Shown here: in pieces, positions 62,527-64,000 of the stretch
How positions within the stretch are numbered: the stretch's first letter is position 1
Layout of the letters: each line of letters opens with the position of its first letter
Assembly (NCBI GenBank): GCA_964016885.1
Contig: OZ024743.1
Coordinates: 155,248,001-155,312,000, forward strand
DNA: 64,000 nt
Direction: 5' to 3'
Origin: Eledone cirrhosa
Taxonomy: Eukaryota
Program-made: the position numbers and the translations under genes
Notes under the pieces: model-generated
What the model was told of the DNA's origin: nothing
Database searches by the model: none
What the model saw: only the letters and a program-made list of their open reading frames with translations

Positions 62527-64000
62527 AAATTAATAAAAACAATGAATAAAAACAAAGAACAATTTCCTTATATTAAAAAGTCATCATTTTACGATCGTTT
62601 CTAGGATACATATGTGTGTTGGTATGTATATCATATGGATATATGTAAAAATATTACAAACTATCAGAGGAAATATACATACCTTCACATATATGTGCTG
62701 TCTACAGAAATAATGAGATTTGTTTATTGAAAAACCCCAACAAAGATTTAATATAATAGGTCTGTTTGGGAACATGTTTTTAATAGACCAATAGAAAAGT
62801 AGTAAGAGGTCAAGTTGATAGAATATTAGTAGTAGCATCATTATGGAAACGTCTTGTTGAGTCAAACTAACCCACAAGTTAACACTATCCACTACACGGA
62901 GTACTCCAACTGGACTACATCTAAGTAGACTGCCTATAACGATAACCTCTTATCCCGTACACATAGCTTCCACCTGGTTGAGCAACAACATTAACGCACG
63001 GTAATAACATGGAAAAGCACCACATATGCATGGCACTGAAAATCATACATATACCTACAAATAAGGACTATACACTAGGCATCATACAACGGACTAATGA
63101 TTTCATCCGCAGAATCCGATGGAAGGTTTACTACTACGAGAAAGGACCCGCTAATAACACGGGAGAATTTACCAAAGAGAATTACGGATATAAATTCTGC
63201 AAAACCCCTCCAAATAACCCCACACTCGATGCCTTCGAGCTGGACCTTATGAATAAGTGGAACTAAATTCAAAAAACGAACACATCATAACAAATTACAA
63301 AATGACATCAATACACTACTAAAAATACTAAGAAACACCAACGGTATCATAGTAAAAGCAGACAAAACATCAAACGTATATACTATGGACCTTAATACAT
63401 ACAATAATTTCATTCGACGTGAACTACATAAAAAATACAAAAAAACAAATAAATCTACACCACTAGCATTAATAAGGAAGGTTTTAGCATAGTAAATAAA
63501 CTCGAAATATCCGACAGAACCGAATCTATGACGCAATGCAACCCCACATTTAACCTTAAGGATCACACAAATAATATTGAAACAAACCCTACTATTACAT
63601 TAATATGCCCATCCAAGTCGGATATATTTAAAATTAGCAAGAATATTCTAGATAGAGTAATCGCACAAATTAAGGGAAAACTAGAAATCAATTTATAGGG
63701 TAACACTAATGAAGCAATTGAATGGTTCAATATAATAGGAAATATGGAAGAATACAACTTCATACAATTTGACATAAATGATTACTACGCATCCATATCC
63801 CCAGTCACCCTAGATAAAGCACTAATATTTGCCCAAAATAACTCGTACCTTAACCCAGATGAAATTAAAATAATACTAGCAGCTAGAAGGACTATCATAA
63901 CATTTTAAAATAGCTACTGGGAAAGAAAAAATAGGATGAAAGGCTTCGTAATCACAATGGCATCGAACGATTCAGCGCAAATAACAGATGTTGTGGGAAT
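62527..64000 (+). mobile_element. Naiad-like PLE 5' part with inverted HHR arm (62527-62790); the ORF from 63009 is frameshifted and runs off the window
   Basis: FIRRIRWKVYY, KADKTSNVY, TLKDH, FIQFDINDYY, MASNDSAQITDVVG; the arm is related to 28876-29165. Confidence 0.9.

Overview
AT-rich animal genomic DNA, probably a cephalopod: the SINEs resemble the common Octopus tRNA-derived SINE, though this is from recall. No host gene can be supported, and most ORFs in the track are microsatellite artefacts. The window is a dense nest of Penelope-like retroelements (PLEs; RT plus GIY-YIG endonuclease) from Naiad-like, Neptune-like and other lineages, almost all inserted into (TA)n. It also holds a decayed RTE LINE, mariner fragments and SINEs. 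Reading both strands by eye gives over 20 type I hammerhead ribozyme (HHR) motif copies from about 12 repeat families. Several have non-canonical features: a recurrent C.C mismatch in stem II, U.U or C.A at 10.1-11.1, a CAGAAGA core, and family-specific palindromic stem III sequences. Three families are non-coding, circularly permuted HHR units of about 522, 425 and 640 nt, resembling retrozymes or circular RNAs. Most insertions have an asymmetric head-to-head two-arm structure, and some appear to join arms from different families. All alignments were done by eye, so coordinates are approximate.
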